Shown one piece after another: positions 63,646 through 64,000 of a DNA stretch of 64,000 nucleotides. Source of the DNA: Marsupella aquatica (taxonomy: Eukaryota > Plantae > Marchantiophyta); contig OZ316895.1 of assembly GCA_973895155.1 (NCBI GenBank), forward strand, positions 5,600,687-5,664,686, read 5' to 3'. Each line of letters starts with the position of its first letter. The stretch's first letter is position 1. The position numbers and the translations under genes are program-made. The notes below the pieces were generated by a model. That model was not told the DNA's origin, did not search any database, and saw nothing but the letters and a program-made list of their open reading frames with translations.

Positions 63646-64000
63646 CCCTCGACCCTCTTAGTCTCTTAGAAGCCGTAGGCTCTAGGACAATGCAAAATAC
63701 TTAAATACCCTGTTCGTATGAGAGATTGATGATTCCGTGATGTTATTAAGGCAACACACGAATACACCCTAAACATCACGCCACCAAATTCTATCCACAC
63801 CTCAATTTCAGGAAACACTAGCCTGATTACCAGTCGAAGACCTAAATAGAGATGAAGACAAACAAATATTGAAAAAAAAAACAAAAAACTATGTTATCTC
63901 CTATCTATATTGCCCCATCCCAGATTTTTGTTCACCCTCACTTTGTTCTCATTTAGAGTCCAGTTTTGTCTTTATTTGGACTTGTGGTCTAGAGCTTATT

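Overview
Eukaryotic land-plant genomic DNA with GT-AG introns and a high transposon load; a bryophyte/liverwort origin is an unverified inference from gene divergence. Five spliced host genes were read by hand: a HIT zinc-finger ZNHIT3-like gene (+, 10380-12353), a group-III-type patatin phospholipase (-, 22125-24417), a TMF/golgin coiled-coil gene (-, 31003 to about 39099, 5' end uncertain), a plastid CRT-like transporter (-, 49595-54104) and a BTB/POZ gene (-, 62507-63645). Intergenic space holds solo LTRs, a Copia fragment, a disrupted L1 LINE, MITEs and tandem repeats. The most notable item is a 2.5-kb Mutator-like element (16512-18996). It has ~495-bp TIRs, a perfect 10-bp TSD and no transposase. 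It carries an open 202-aa ORF joining a hydrophobic N-terminus to an RNase H1 hybrid-binding/caulimovirus P6-type domain. Second is a circularly permuted single-LTR Copia fragment flanked by an 8-bp direct repeat. No database searches were run; family calls rest on recognised motifs, and coordinates and counts are manual.
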